Below are positions 39,020 through 49,777 of a DNA stretch of 64,000 nucleotides, piece after piece; position 1 is the stretch's first letter, and the number at the start of each line of letters is the position of its first letter. A program made the translations under genes and the position numbers. A model generated the notes under the pieces. That model did not search any database. It was given only the letters and a program-made list of their open reading frames with translations, and was not told the DNA's origin. The DNA comes from Felis catus (taxonomy: Eukaryota), in contig NC_058375.1 in NCBI RefSeq assembly GCF_018350175.1, positions 160,022,001-160,086,000 of the forward strand, given 5' to 3'.

Positions 39020-40070
39020 GTACTGGGCACCTCCTGGGAGGCAGCGGGGAGGGACGCGCCGGCCGGGCTCCCCGACCGATCCCAGCCGAGTGCGGCTGAC
39101 GTGGGCGAGCGAGGGGGGTGCGAGCGGGTGCGAGGGGGAGCTCGGCGAGCGCGGGGGGCCGGGGCGCGGAGACGGCCGGGCGTGGCGGCGGGACGGAGCC
39201 GGGAGCCGCGGGCGCGCGGAGCCTGCCCCGGGCCGACGTGGGCAAGCGGGGAGGGGCGGCGCGGCGGCGGCGCGCGAGGCGCGGGCACCGCCACGAGATG
39301 CTTCGCGGGGGGCGGCTGGGCACGGCTGCGGCGGAGCGGGTGGCCCGGCGTGCGGGCCCCGCTTGGTTAACTCTTTGCTGCGAGGGGGCGCGGGGCGCAC
39401 GTGAGGCAGCCGCGTGACGCCAGAAAGCGGAGCGGAGGAGGGAGGCCGGAGTGCGGAGCGTCCCTGGCCCCGAAATTTGCCCCCCGTGGACGGAGCCTGC
39501 GCAATCATGGGTGCCGAAACGCTCTTTAGGCGAGGCCTTCCTCTGAACTTTCTTCCCGGCTGCAGATTAGGAGAGGAAGGCGGAAAGGGTAGGGCGAGAA
39601 TTGGTCTCCTGTTGCCCCATCCTCAGGCCTGAGTGAAGGTGGTCGGGGTGAGCGAAGCATCAGCTCTAGTCTCGCGTCTCCTAGAGCGTTCACTTCAGTC
39701 CAGCCCAGGAAGCTGCCAGGACTCAAAAGGGGGTTAGGCTGCCCTGTCTTCACAGACTTGTTTTTGTGGCTTCCGACCAGCGAAAGTTCTCCCGCGGGGC
39801 TTCCTGTTGGGCGCTGGCCTTGAAGTGGGGCGGGAGCTGGCAGGTGGGGCTTGCGGCTGCCTGGCTCCCGGAGATGCTTGTGCTTGAGACATCCCTGGGG
39901 TTTGCTGTGACCACGTTTGGCCCCACGAGAGTGCAGCTCCGGGCGTGTACTCATGCTCTGGGATGAGGCTAGCCCAGAGGGAGGGTTCAGTGGATGACAT
40001 ATTTCGTTTTTGGTTTTGTTTTGAGCTATAACTGACATACAACGTGTTTCACGTGTATAACATGGTCACG

Positions 40071-40942
40071 TGTAAGATTATATATGTGTGTCGTAGACTC
40101 TTTAAGTCTAGAGTTCTCTTTTGGCCAGCAGAAGAGCAGACACAGGATGAAAGCAAGAGATGGCTAATGTCCAGGAAAAAGACAAGAGCCCCGAATAAGG
40201 GTCCGTATTTATTCAGATCAGAAGGCTTGCAAACGTGATGGGCGTGCACAAAGAGACAAAGAAACTAGGAACTTTAACTTGGGGATGTGAAAGAGGGGGG
40301 GTTTGAAGAAATACAGTTTTTGGGGTTTGGGGTTTGGGTCAATATAAAACAAAATCCGGGCACCGGGCAGATGGGTAGATGGTTGTTAACAGCAGACAGG
40401 AGGCGCAGTGCCTGTTTATCTTAGCTAGCCTAGGGGATGAGACAGACAGGGGGAATAGCCTCCAGGTGAATAAGGCACCTTTCTTTTTGTTAACCATCTC
40501 TGCTTCCGGCTGCTTTGCCTGCAGCACAGCAGTCCATAGTCCAGTTCACCAATTTACCTAACCTGGCCCTATTCTCCTGTGAAAGCGGCTTTTCTGCTAT
40601 AGTGCTAAATTGGGGGTGCTTTCGCCCTGAACATCTAATCTTGTTTATTTCCTATACCTATGTATCAGGCACCTTTGCACTGTTTCTGTCTCAGGCCTTT
40701 GCCTCTCCCTCCCTATTTTGGGGACTCTGCACCCTGTCTCTCTTTTGGGGTGTCTTTGCACCTCGCTACTCCTGGCACCTTTGTGCCTCCCTATTCTTGG
40801 GGTGTCTTTGCATTCCCCTATTCTTGGAGTGCCAATCTGGTTTACCCAAACTCAGGTGTGAGCATTTTATGACTTTGTATGTCATTATGCCTTGTTAACC
40901 CATTGGTGTAAGCCCGGGGGATTCCTAAGTTTATCCCCCACA
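40071..40942 (-). mobile_element. ERV1-like solo LTR inserted in an L1 3' fragment
   Basis: TG…CA ends, 4-bp TSD cacg/catg (one CpG-type change), AATAAA on the minus strand at about 40207-40212. The L1 3' end (approx. 40010-40070 and 40943-41235) resumes on both sides. Confidence 0.7.
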
Positions 40943-41460
40943 CATGTGATTTATAAATCGAAGTGGTCACCCCAGTAAGTCTCGTTAACTTCCAACAGCT
41001 CACGTAGCTACGCATTTTTTTTTCTTGTGATGAGAACTTTTAAGATGTACCCCCTGAGCAACCTTTAAGATCTACTTTCTTAGCAATGGCTCAAATATAC
41101 AATATAATATTATTAATGTAGTCACTATGCTGTACCTTACATCCCCTGGACTTATTTTATAACTGGAAGTCAAGTTTTTTGACCGCCTTCACCCATTTCA
41201 CTTGTCCACCCCCCTCCTCCTTCAATCCATGGCAGTTTTTATTGTGGTTGTGTGTGGTATTGTGTGTGTGTGTGTGGTATTGTGTCCTGACAGTTTCCTT
41301 CCTCCGCTGTTTGGCTGGAGGAACCTCCAGCCAGTGGCGCAAGTGCCATTTCTTTGTAGGCACTTTTCGAAAAGTGAAGTAAAGGCCTTGCAGACAAAGT
41401 ATTTAGAAAAAGGTAGAAAATGGTGAGCTGAGGTTATACCTCAGAAAATAATGGACAGAC

Positions 41461-41692
41461 GGGGCGCCTGGGTGGCTCAGTCGGTTGAGCGTCCGACTTC
41501 GGCTCAGGTCATGATCTCGCGGTCCGTGGTTTCGAGCCCCGCGTTGGGCTCTGTGCTGACAGCTCAGAGCTTGGAGCCTGTTTCGGATTCTGTGTCTCCC
41601 TCTTTCTCTGACCCTCCCCTGTTCATGCTCTCTCTCTCTCTCTCTGTCTCAAAAATAAATAAAATGTTAAAAAAATTTTTTTTAAATAAAAA
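41461..41692 (+). mobile_element. CAN-SINE
   Basis: TSD agaaaataatggacaga. Confidence 0.94.
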
Positions 41693-44600
41693 AGAAAATA
41701 ATGGACAGAAGTGTAAAGGCTTCAGAAAGAGGTGCCACCAGCCGAAACCTCTAGCTCTGTCTCCGAGCCGGCTGCCTTTTCTCCAGCCATATCTGGCTCT
41801 CCGAATCAAACAAGCTAACAGAAAAGCTCCGACCTCATTCCTGAAGAAAAGATTTTTGTTTCCATTTAAAGCTCGTGCTGCAGTCTCCAGCAGGTGTGGC
41901 CAGCATTCTCCCACTCTGGGATGTGGTGGCAGACAAGTTGCTAATGCTTCCCTTACCTGGGTTGTGACAGGCATGCGGGTGCGCCTGCCATTGGCCAGCC
42001 AAGTTATTTCGTTACATAAGTCCCAGTTATTTTGCCACTGACCTAAAACGAGAAAAACAGACTCAAGTCCCAAAGTCACTGTCATCAAAAACACTCTTTC
42101 CTTCGTGGTGGGGCCCTTCAGTTTGGCCAGAGCTGTGAACATCTCCTGTTTGCTCCAAGTAGTGGCAACAGTCTCTTCATCTTTTCCAACCAGCCCTTCG
42201 GAGCAGCTCCTAATACCAGGAAACTTTCCAGAGTCTTCTCATAGTTGAGGGTAAGGGAAACACAGATGATATTAGCTGTTTGCTGACTTACGAGAGAGGA
42301 GACAGTCACCAAACAATCGCTGGCATTTATTGAATGCTTCCTGTATGCCCACTGAGTGCGTTCTTTCACAGTTAATGTAAGAATAAACCAAGACACAAAG
42401 CAATTAAGTACCTTACCCAGGGAAGTAGTATGTTTCCAGTGGCTCTATTTTCAAGGTTCATTTCTCTGCTTTTATGGCAATATGCTTATTTTCTGCAAAG
42501 TATTCTTAAGAGAAGCAAAAAAAGGTTCATCTCAAATACACTTTGAAATGGTTTATTCGTGTTAGAGTCCATTAGAGTTTTCCTAAAAGTTTAGTTTCTT
42601 GAAACTTCGGACTTTTCTTAATCTGTTCATACTGACTTTTGAGCAAAAACGTGTGAATGGATATTTTGGAAATGGTCATCTGTTGCTTTTATGCAAACCT
42701 TGTTTCCCCTAAGCTAAGTTACGGGCTTTGTATTAGTTTTGGAATGTTTGTTCTGTCAACATTCCCTGTCCTGTTTACTATTTGGATTCCAGACTTGGAA
42801 AGCACTTTAATCAGACCATGTATTTCATTGACATAAACATAAGCTTTTTCATACATACAGGCACATGCGTTGTATAACTGAGTTCTTACGAATCTTGGTC
42901 ACCCCACACTTGCTCCTATCCAGCAGGATGAGGGCTCTGGTTGCAGGGCCAGCGTTAAAGAGTTGGCTTTGTAAGCCAGGAGGGAAACACACGGTACAGA
43001 CTAGCCATGTTAAAACAGACTTTTTTACTGTTTCAGTGAGGAAATATCTAGGTTTTGCTCTTTCAGATCCCTAGTAAGGAACACAATGAAATGGAGTTTG
43101 TCTGTGATGCACAACTATGTAGAGATGAGGAGGGGAAGGCTGAGCATAAAATGCCTTACAAATATAACACACAGACAGTAGACAACATGTAAAACCATTT
43201 GAGAACAAGTAAAGAGTCCTGTGAAGCACCTTTAAGAGGTAAGCTCTGGAGTAAGCATAAAAGTTACAAAATAAATAAATGCCCGTGTGGGTTGCGGTGA
43301 TGGGGAGGGGGGCGGGTACATGCATACCTAAATGCACATAGTCCAAATACATTTTGGGAAATCTATGTATTCTAAAATAGAATATAACAGACAATAGGAC
43401 ATCTAAAACTGAAATAAAATTTTAAACTAGTGGGAAACCTAGCGAACGTGAATGAGGAAGAATTTCAAAGAGAACTTGAGAAGAGGCTTTGTACTTCTCT
43501 TAAAAGGAATGTTTCCCATGAAATAAGTACACTGCCAGGAAATCAGAGAAACAGCCCTTGAAAAGAAGGCCACAGAAAAGATTGAAACAAACCCTCTCAA
43601 AGTGGCAGTTGACCTTTTAAAAGGTTCAGCAAGGTGGAATATGTTATTTGGTAAAAGGTAGAAAATTCACGTATATAAATTGGGTGAATAGAAGCCTCAG
43701 CAATTCTATACTCCTTCCCTTTCCACATGCAGAACTCTGCTTACTGTATAAACTGAAGGAAGAGAAATTGAATAGTATGGTGATCTCAAGTTGGCTTTGT
43801 GAGAGAATCTAACTACATTTAAGTAACATTTAAAAGACTAAGAAAAAGAAATTGAGTAGGCCTTAAATTAAGGCAGTTGGCATAGCCTAATAATGTATCT
43901 CAAAATGACCAAATCCGAGTCCACTTAAATATGATTTGAAAAGGCTCTTGGCATAGCACCTGGCAAAGAAAATGGTGGAGAAAATGCCCCAGATACCTAC
44001 TCTAAACCCAGCCTTGAGGACACTATTAATAATAATACCTACCAATTTTAGGGAAATGAGGGTTTTTACAAAGCATGAAGACACAATTCAAGGCAACCCA
44101 AAACACATTTTTTGTTATAAATACATGCAGATCTCTTTGTAATGTAACTAATAAAAATGTTTTAGAAACGATTACTTTGCTCACTGTTGTATATCTGGCA
44201 CCCAGAATAACAAGTAGATCTGGCAACTGGTAGGCCAATAAATAGCAATTGAATGACTGAGTGATTCGTTCTGTAGCAAAATGCAATTTTACTCATTTTA
44301 TAATGATAATAATAACATCTAAAGTAAATGTGCTCTCCCTCCCCCCTCAGTGATTATCCTGTTCAGCCAGTTTGGCAGTACTGGTTTATTAGGGAAGAAT
44401 GGGCGTCATATTATATTGGAAATGCATCTTTATTCTAAAGGCCTCAGGGTCATTAGAATGTTGCTAAGAACGACCTGTGCCTCCTCTTGCCTACCTAAAG
44501 ACATCATCACTTCAGTTCTCCCCTTTCCTTCTGCATCACTAAGTTTCTCCTCCCCCCCCCCCCATGGATTATTTCCAACATGTTACAATTTCTATCATCT

Positions 44601-45117
44601 TAAAAACAACCATACTCTTAACCCCATCCTTCTGGATGTTCATTCAGTCATCCTGGATTCCTCTTTCCCTATCACACTTCTCACCCAGTCCTTCAGATAA
44701 TTATATAGATGCCAAACTGAAAATACAGTATTACCCAGATTCTGACCATCAACTATTTTAGTTATTTATTCACTCATTGGCTTCTCCTACTAAAATGTCA
44801 GTTCCCTTGTCTGTTTTCCTCACTGACGTATCCATGGTGTGTAGAACATTACCTAGCATGCAGTCAGAATTCAATAAATATTTACTAAATTAATGCAAGT
44901 TTGGGCAGTCCTCTAAACCAGGGGCCATACCTACAAGGATGGTTTATAAAGTAAATATGTGAAGTGGATTAGGTGTGTAGCACCCACGAGAATGTCTTTC
45001 TGTGTTCAACTAAACGTTCAGACACACAAGACTGCCAAGACCACACTGGGCACCAGCCCACTTAGGAGGATGTAGGATAGGAACCAGAGCTTGCTAGTGT
45101 GACCGCATCGGGTATCC

Positions 45118-45359
45118 TTTTTCTTTTCTTTCTTTTTTTTTTTTAAGTGATTTTAAAAAAAATTTATTTATCTTGAGAGGGAGAGAGAGAGTGTGTTTGG
45201 GGAGGGGCAGAGAGAGAGGGAGAGAGAGAGAATCCCAAACAGGCTCTGAACTGTCAGTGCAGAGCCCGATGTGGGGCTCGATCCCACGAACCATGAGATC
45301 ATGACCTGAGCGGAAAGCAAGAGTCTGATGCTTAACCAACGGAGCCACCCAGGTGCCCC
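45118..45359 (-). mobile_element. CAN-SINE
   Basis: Head, GA tract, poly(T). Confidence 0.92.
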
Positions 45360-45562
45360 AAACAGGCATCCTTTCTGCAGTGGTTCATGTAGCAACCATA
45401 TATCCCCCCCATAAACTAGCCTCTCTGCAGGTGACAGTTTATTCACCAGGAGATGAGATCTGCATTGGTGGGATCAGAGTTTTAGGTCTCCATGCCCCAA
45501 AGCAGCCAGTATCTCTTGCAATACTCTATAGATCTGGCTTCCAGTGTTCCTGCAGGGGATAT

Positions 45563-46018
45563 ATAGTGAGTTGAACAGTGTCCCCCAAAAAGATATGTCC
45601 AAGTCCTATTCTTAAGGACCTGTGGATGTGACCATAGTGTCTTTACAGAAGTAAAGTTATGGGTCTCAAGATGAGATCATCCTGATTTAGAGTGGGCCCT
45701 ACATCCAATGACTTGTGTCCTCAGAAGGGAGAAGATTGGAGACACAGACACAGAGAGGGGAAGGCAATATGAAGATGGAGGCAGAGATTGGAATGATGTG
45801 TCAACAAGCCAGGCAACACCATGAGCTGCCAGCAGCCTCCAGAAGCTAGGAGAGAGGTATGGACTGGATTCTCCCTCAGAGCCTCCAGAAGGAACTAGTC
45901 CAGCCAACACCATGATTTTGGGCTTCTGGCCTTCAGAACGATGAGAGAATACATTTATTGTTACTGGAAGCCACTCAGTTTTTGGTAATTTGTTATGATA
46001 GCCCTAGGAACGCAACAT
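45563..46018 (+). mobile_element. MaLR LTR (MLT1C/D-like)
   Basis: gtcccccaaaaagatatgtcc…gaagatggaggcagagattgg…ttctccctcagagcctccagaagga…gtaatttgtta. Confidence 0.88.
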
Positions 46019-47262
46019 AGGGTATAACATTGCACTCTGGGAAGCCCAGAGTTTGGCATTCTTATCAGGTATTTATAGATTTTTCATTACTTTTCCCAGT
46101 CCAGACACAGTTTACCAATCAGGGGGTCATTTTATTGTGAGCAATGTTTCCTAATATCAGTGTGAAGCTACTTTATCTGTTAACTAAGACCATTAACAAA
46201 AGGTCAGATCCTCATACAGCTGAAGGGAAATGCCTTCTGTGTGTGCATGTTGAGGGTGGAGGGAGGACTGTAAAGAACTGGAGAGTGACTACTTTTGACA
46301 AAATAGGACACCTCTTAGCTGCAGCAGATTGTGGCTCTATGGGGATGCCAGCCCCGAGTGACTAGAGCTTCCCATTATCCAGGAGAATACAGATTTTAAA
46401 AAACTGGTTCAGTCTAAAAGTAAACCAGCCACAAAGCCAAAACAGAACCCCCCAAATATTGTGCTGATCAAACAAAACACATCTACGGACCAAATCCACT
46501 CGAGTTTACAAGTGACTTTCTGTCTTGACTTTGTGGGATTTAAATTTTTCCCTTAAAAAGAATAATCTTCTCTGTTGAGAAAATAGACCAGAAATGTTTT
46601 TTTATAACGTTTTGTTTTTCTTCCAGGAGAAACTTTCTTAAAAGGTAAAAATAGGCTTTGAAAGAACTATACAGACTTTGGCTGTACTTTTCTAAGTTTG
46701 TTCATTCATCCAGTTTTCATATATCATCCTATTTAATTAGCATACATTTATTAAACACTTACTGCATGCCAGACACTGTGTAAAACAAATAAGTAAAATG
46801 TAGCTCTGTCTACAAGCTGTTCCCATTTAAGTTTGTTAGAGCTGAGTTACAGTTTTCTTCTAGAAAACCTGAGCCCTAGATATTTAGAGCTGGCTAAGAT
46901 TTGACGTTCAGCTCCTAAGTTTAAAGATTGTCTGACTAGGGTCAAAGAGGTGATACCAGAGCCAGTACCATTTCTAATTTGTTACATAATATCGATGTGA
47001 AGCATAAGAAAATATAGCTTATGTTTCTACAATGCAGAGTTTCTGGGTATTTAAATATCTAGCAATTAATTGAATTTTTCTCTCTTCACACACTCTTCGA
47101 TACCAGGTAGCCACCTGTGTGATGATTTCAGTCACTTTAAAGAGATGCTTCAGTGCCAAGATACTAAAACAAATCTACCAAATCATCCAAATCACTTCCT
47201 ACATTTTGATTCTCTAAAGGTCAAGACGGTTTGAATACACAGGCATGTTCCAAAGCTCAGAT

Positions 47263-47296
<34 letters not shown>

Positions 47297-48190
47297 AGTG
47301 GCAGGTAGATTTTTTTGGACTGGGACACACTGGGGACCCTCACCCATGGCAGGGAGTGGCGGTGAGGTCGAAGACAAAAGTCTGATGGTCACTTGTGGTA
47401 GAATGGCGAATTCTGGTTGTGCTGGATGAAGATGGAGCCCAGGGCCAGGCTGGCTGGTAGCTGCAAAGACCGACTCTCCTCCCAGGTGCATCTGCACAGG
47501 GAGCTGGGGAGAGGCAAAGGGGGCAGGGGCTGGACGCAGAGCTTGGGGGTGCATGCGGTGCAGGGAGGAGGAGTCAGAAAATAAGTCCGTGGGTTAGTAT
47601 GTTGCATCTGCGTTTGCAAGGGCTTTTGTCAGGCCAGGTCACCACCAGGCTGGAGGAACCCTATCTGGGTGGGCTGACGGTGGCTGTGCACTGCACAGGG
47701 CTGTGGCCATGACAGGTACCGCAGTGCCGGAAACGCGGAAGGTGTTCTGAGCGCAGCCTAGGGCTGGCTAAGGGGGTCCACAGCGAGGTGGGCGGTCCCA
47801 TAAGCACGGCCTTGGTATTGGCCGACCTCTGCGGTCCCTGCGAAAGCTGCTGCTGAGCGCGCCTCCTGCAGGGTTGTAAGTACTTGGGGTGGGAACATCT
47901 GTTTGGCCCTGCCAGCAGCCACTATGAGGGTGCCTGGGCGACTGTGCCCTCCGGGGCTCTTCTGCATGCTGTGGAGGGGAGCTCCTGTGTGAACAGTCAG
48001 GCTCTGCTGTTGCGCAGCTGACGTCAGCCTGGTCAGGTCACTGTGCTCCCTAAGCCTCCGTTTCTCACCCTCAGGTAAAACTTTCTTGAGCTGTCGGAAA
48101 AGCTGGTGCTTCTCTTCCTGTAGGGCCCCAAGCTTCTCCTGCAACTTCAGGATTTGTTCCTTGTTCTCCTCTAGCGACATTCTCTCTGCC

Positions 48191-48682
48191 TGTAAGGGTT
48201 AAATTGTAGTGTAGGGCTAACGCTTAGCTTGAAAAATAACAGCTTTGTGTTGACACGGAAGGCTAAGAGATAACAGCCTTGCTTTGCTCTTGTAAACTAC
48301 ACCTCATACTCTTGTAAATTAGGCTTCATCAATTAAGGAAACAAAAGTTCAAAGAAAAGAGCATCAGAGGCAGGGTCAAGGAGATCCACTGGTTGCAACT
48401 TGGAGGCAGAAAGTCTAAAATAAGCACCTCATTAGGCAACTGTTTCTAACTCATCTGGCAACTGTTTCTAACTCATCTGGAAACTGTTTCTTTGTTCTGT
48501 TCCCAGGTGATGATAAAACGATGTGATCAGTTATAGAAACTCTGTACCCCGGCTGTTTGGGGTCTCACTCTTATCAAGAGTGTTGGTCCCAATCGGTCGG
48601 CCTTGCCTCTCATTGTAATAAACTTTGTTGTGACTGTCACTGGTGCCCGTAGCATTGTTTCAGGAGTCGTGTGGATGCCACA
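48191..48682 (+). mobile_element. Solo ERV LTR (ERV1/gammaretrovirus-like), 492 bp
   Basis: TGTAAGGG…GCCACA ends, perfect 4-bp TSD TGCC at 48187-48190 and 48683-48686, U3 tandem repeats, TATA-like ttatagaaa at about 48531, AATAAA at 48617. Confidence 0.93.
48435..48491 (+). repeat. 22-bp tandem repeat (2.6 copies) in LTR U3
   Basis: ggcaactgtttctaactcatct twice, then ggaaactgtttct. Confidence 0.95.
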
Positions 48683-49571
48683 TGCCCTGTCCTTTTTCTC
48701 CCTTCTCCCTGCTCTTCCTTCATCTTCTGTTCCATCGTCTTGTCCACCTCTTCTTACTCCGCTGGCCGCTTGCGCTCCCGCTCCATTTTGTGTGCTGGTG
48801 CAACACCCCGGCCACGGCATTGGAAAGCTTGGGGCGCTCCAGGAGCGCAGGCGTGGTGCTTTTGAGGACGCTTGGGCCAGGGGCGCCAGGCTCTGCCACT
48901 GACTGCCAGACCTCGGACTGGGCCTACCCGGAGGCGGGCGCCCAGGGCGGGGGGATCGCGCCGGGGCCGCCCAGGCGGAAGCCCGCCGGTCAGTCCGCGG
49001 CCAGCCACCGCAGCCTGTGTCCCGTGCCCGCCCCCGCCCGTCCAGCCTCGGGTGCTCCGGCTAGCGCAGCTCTAGCGGGCGGGGGTTCCAGGCATTCGTG
49101 CTTCAAAGTTCAGGTTCTCTTTGACAGCTACCGTAGGAATCTTTCCAAGAAGATTATTTTAAAGGATTATCTGCTTTTACATTTAAACTGGAGATCTTTG
49201 CGTAGAGTCTGGTACATTCTTGGGTGCATGGGGAAATTAGTAAATCCTGCTCTGAGCGTATACCAAGGATGTCAAAATAATACCTCATTCAAAGGGTTAA
49301 GGAAAGTGTAACGCATACGCCATATTTAAATAGAATTTGTAAGTGTTTTAAAATTCCACTGTACTTCAAACAATTACTCCTATTTTATTTGGGGGTTCAT
49401 TTAAAGCATACATCAAGCTGTTCAGTGGGCCCAGGTGTAGACTACCTTTTACTTGCTTGAAAGGACCACTTGGTCTTACACTTGGATCAGCAGTACAGAT
49501 TGACTTGAGTTTTTGATTTGTGCATTTTCAAAGAGGATCTGCTCATTTGCTGGGAAATAATTACTGTACTT

Positions 49572-49777
49572 TTTAATTTTTTTATTTTTAAGTGTTTATT
49601 TTTGAGAGAGAGAGAGCACACGTTGGGGAGGGGCAGAGGGAGACACAGAATCTGAAGCAGGCTCCAGGCTCTGAGCTGCCAGCACAAAGCCGGATGTGGG
49701 GCTTGAACCCACATACGGTGAGATCATGACCTGAGCCCAAGACAGATGGGTAACTGACTGAGCCACCCAGGCGCCCC
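49572..49777 (-). mobile_element. CAN-SINE
   Basis: TSD tactgtacttt. Confidence 0.93.

Larger units (their letters stand above)
38380..39560. promoter_or_regulatory. CYBRD1: CpG island / CYBRD1 promoter and first exon
   Basis: Very high GC and CpG content. GC boxes at about 38631-38637 and 38655-38662, CCAAT at about 38421, no TATA box. Confidence 0.92.
47265..49103 (-). pseudogene. GPS2: GPS2 processed pseudogene (retrocopy), antisense in CYBRD1 intron 1, split by an LTR
   Basis: Intronless. Start equivalent ACG at 48854 reads (T)PALLERPKLSNA, then MERERKR, MSLEENKEQILKLQEKL…, and ends …FYHK-TGA at 47389. 30-nt poly(A) at 47265-47294. TSD caaagYtcagRttct at 47251-47265 and 49104-49118. Disabled by a lost start codon, frameshifts and an in-frame TAA. 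Confidence 0.96.

Noticed and set aside
38303-39632. Many long overlapping Arg/Gly/Pro/Ala-rich ORFs on both strands (e.g. 233 aa at 38593-39294)
   Set aside because: Stop-codon scarcity in a CpG island. Only the frame from 38827 matches a known protein and has a phase-compatible donor.
41451-42142. 196-aa and 192-aa ORFs
   Set aside because: Largely translated SINE sequence (GAWVAQSV…), the same peptide that recurs in many other ORFs here.
48435-48491. CRISPR-like direct repeats
   Set aside because: Head-to-tail repeats without spacers inside a retroviral LTR in a mammalian genome.
47389-48854. Intact functional GPS2 retrogene
   Set aside because: The start codon is ACG, there is an early frameshift, an in-frame TAA, an LTR insertion and 3' frameshifts, and the poly(A) signal position reads AAAAAA.
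48527-49311. ORFs of 97-222 aa crossing the LTR/pseudogene junction
   Set aside because: Antisense or off-frame readings of GC-rich GPS2 5' sequence, with no recognisable domain.
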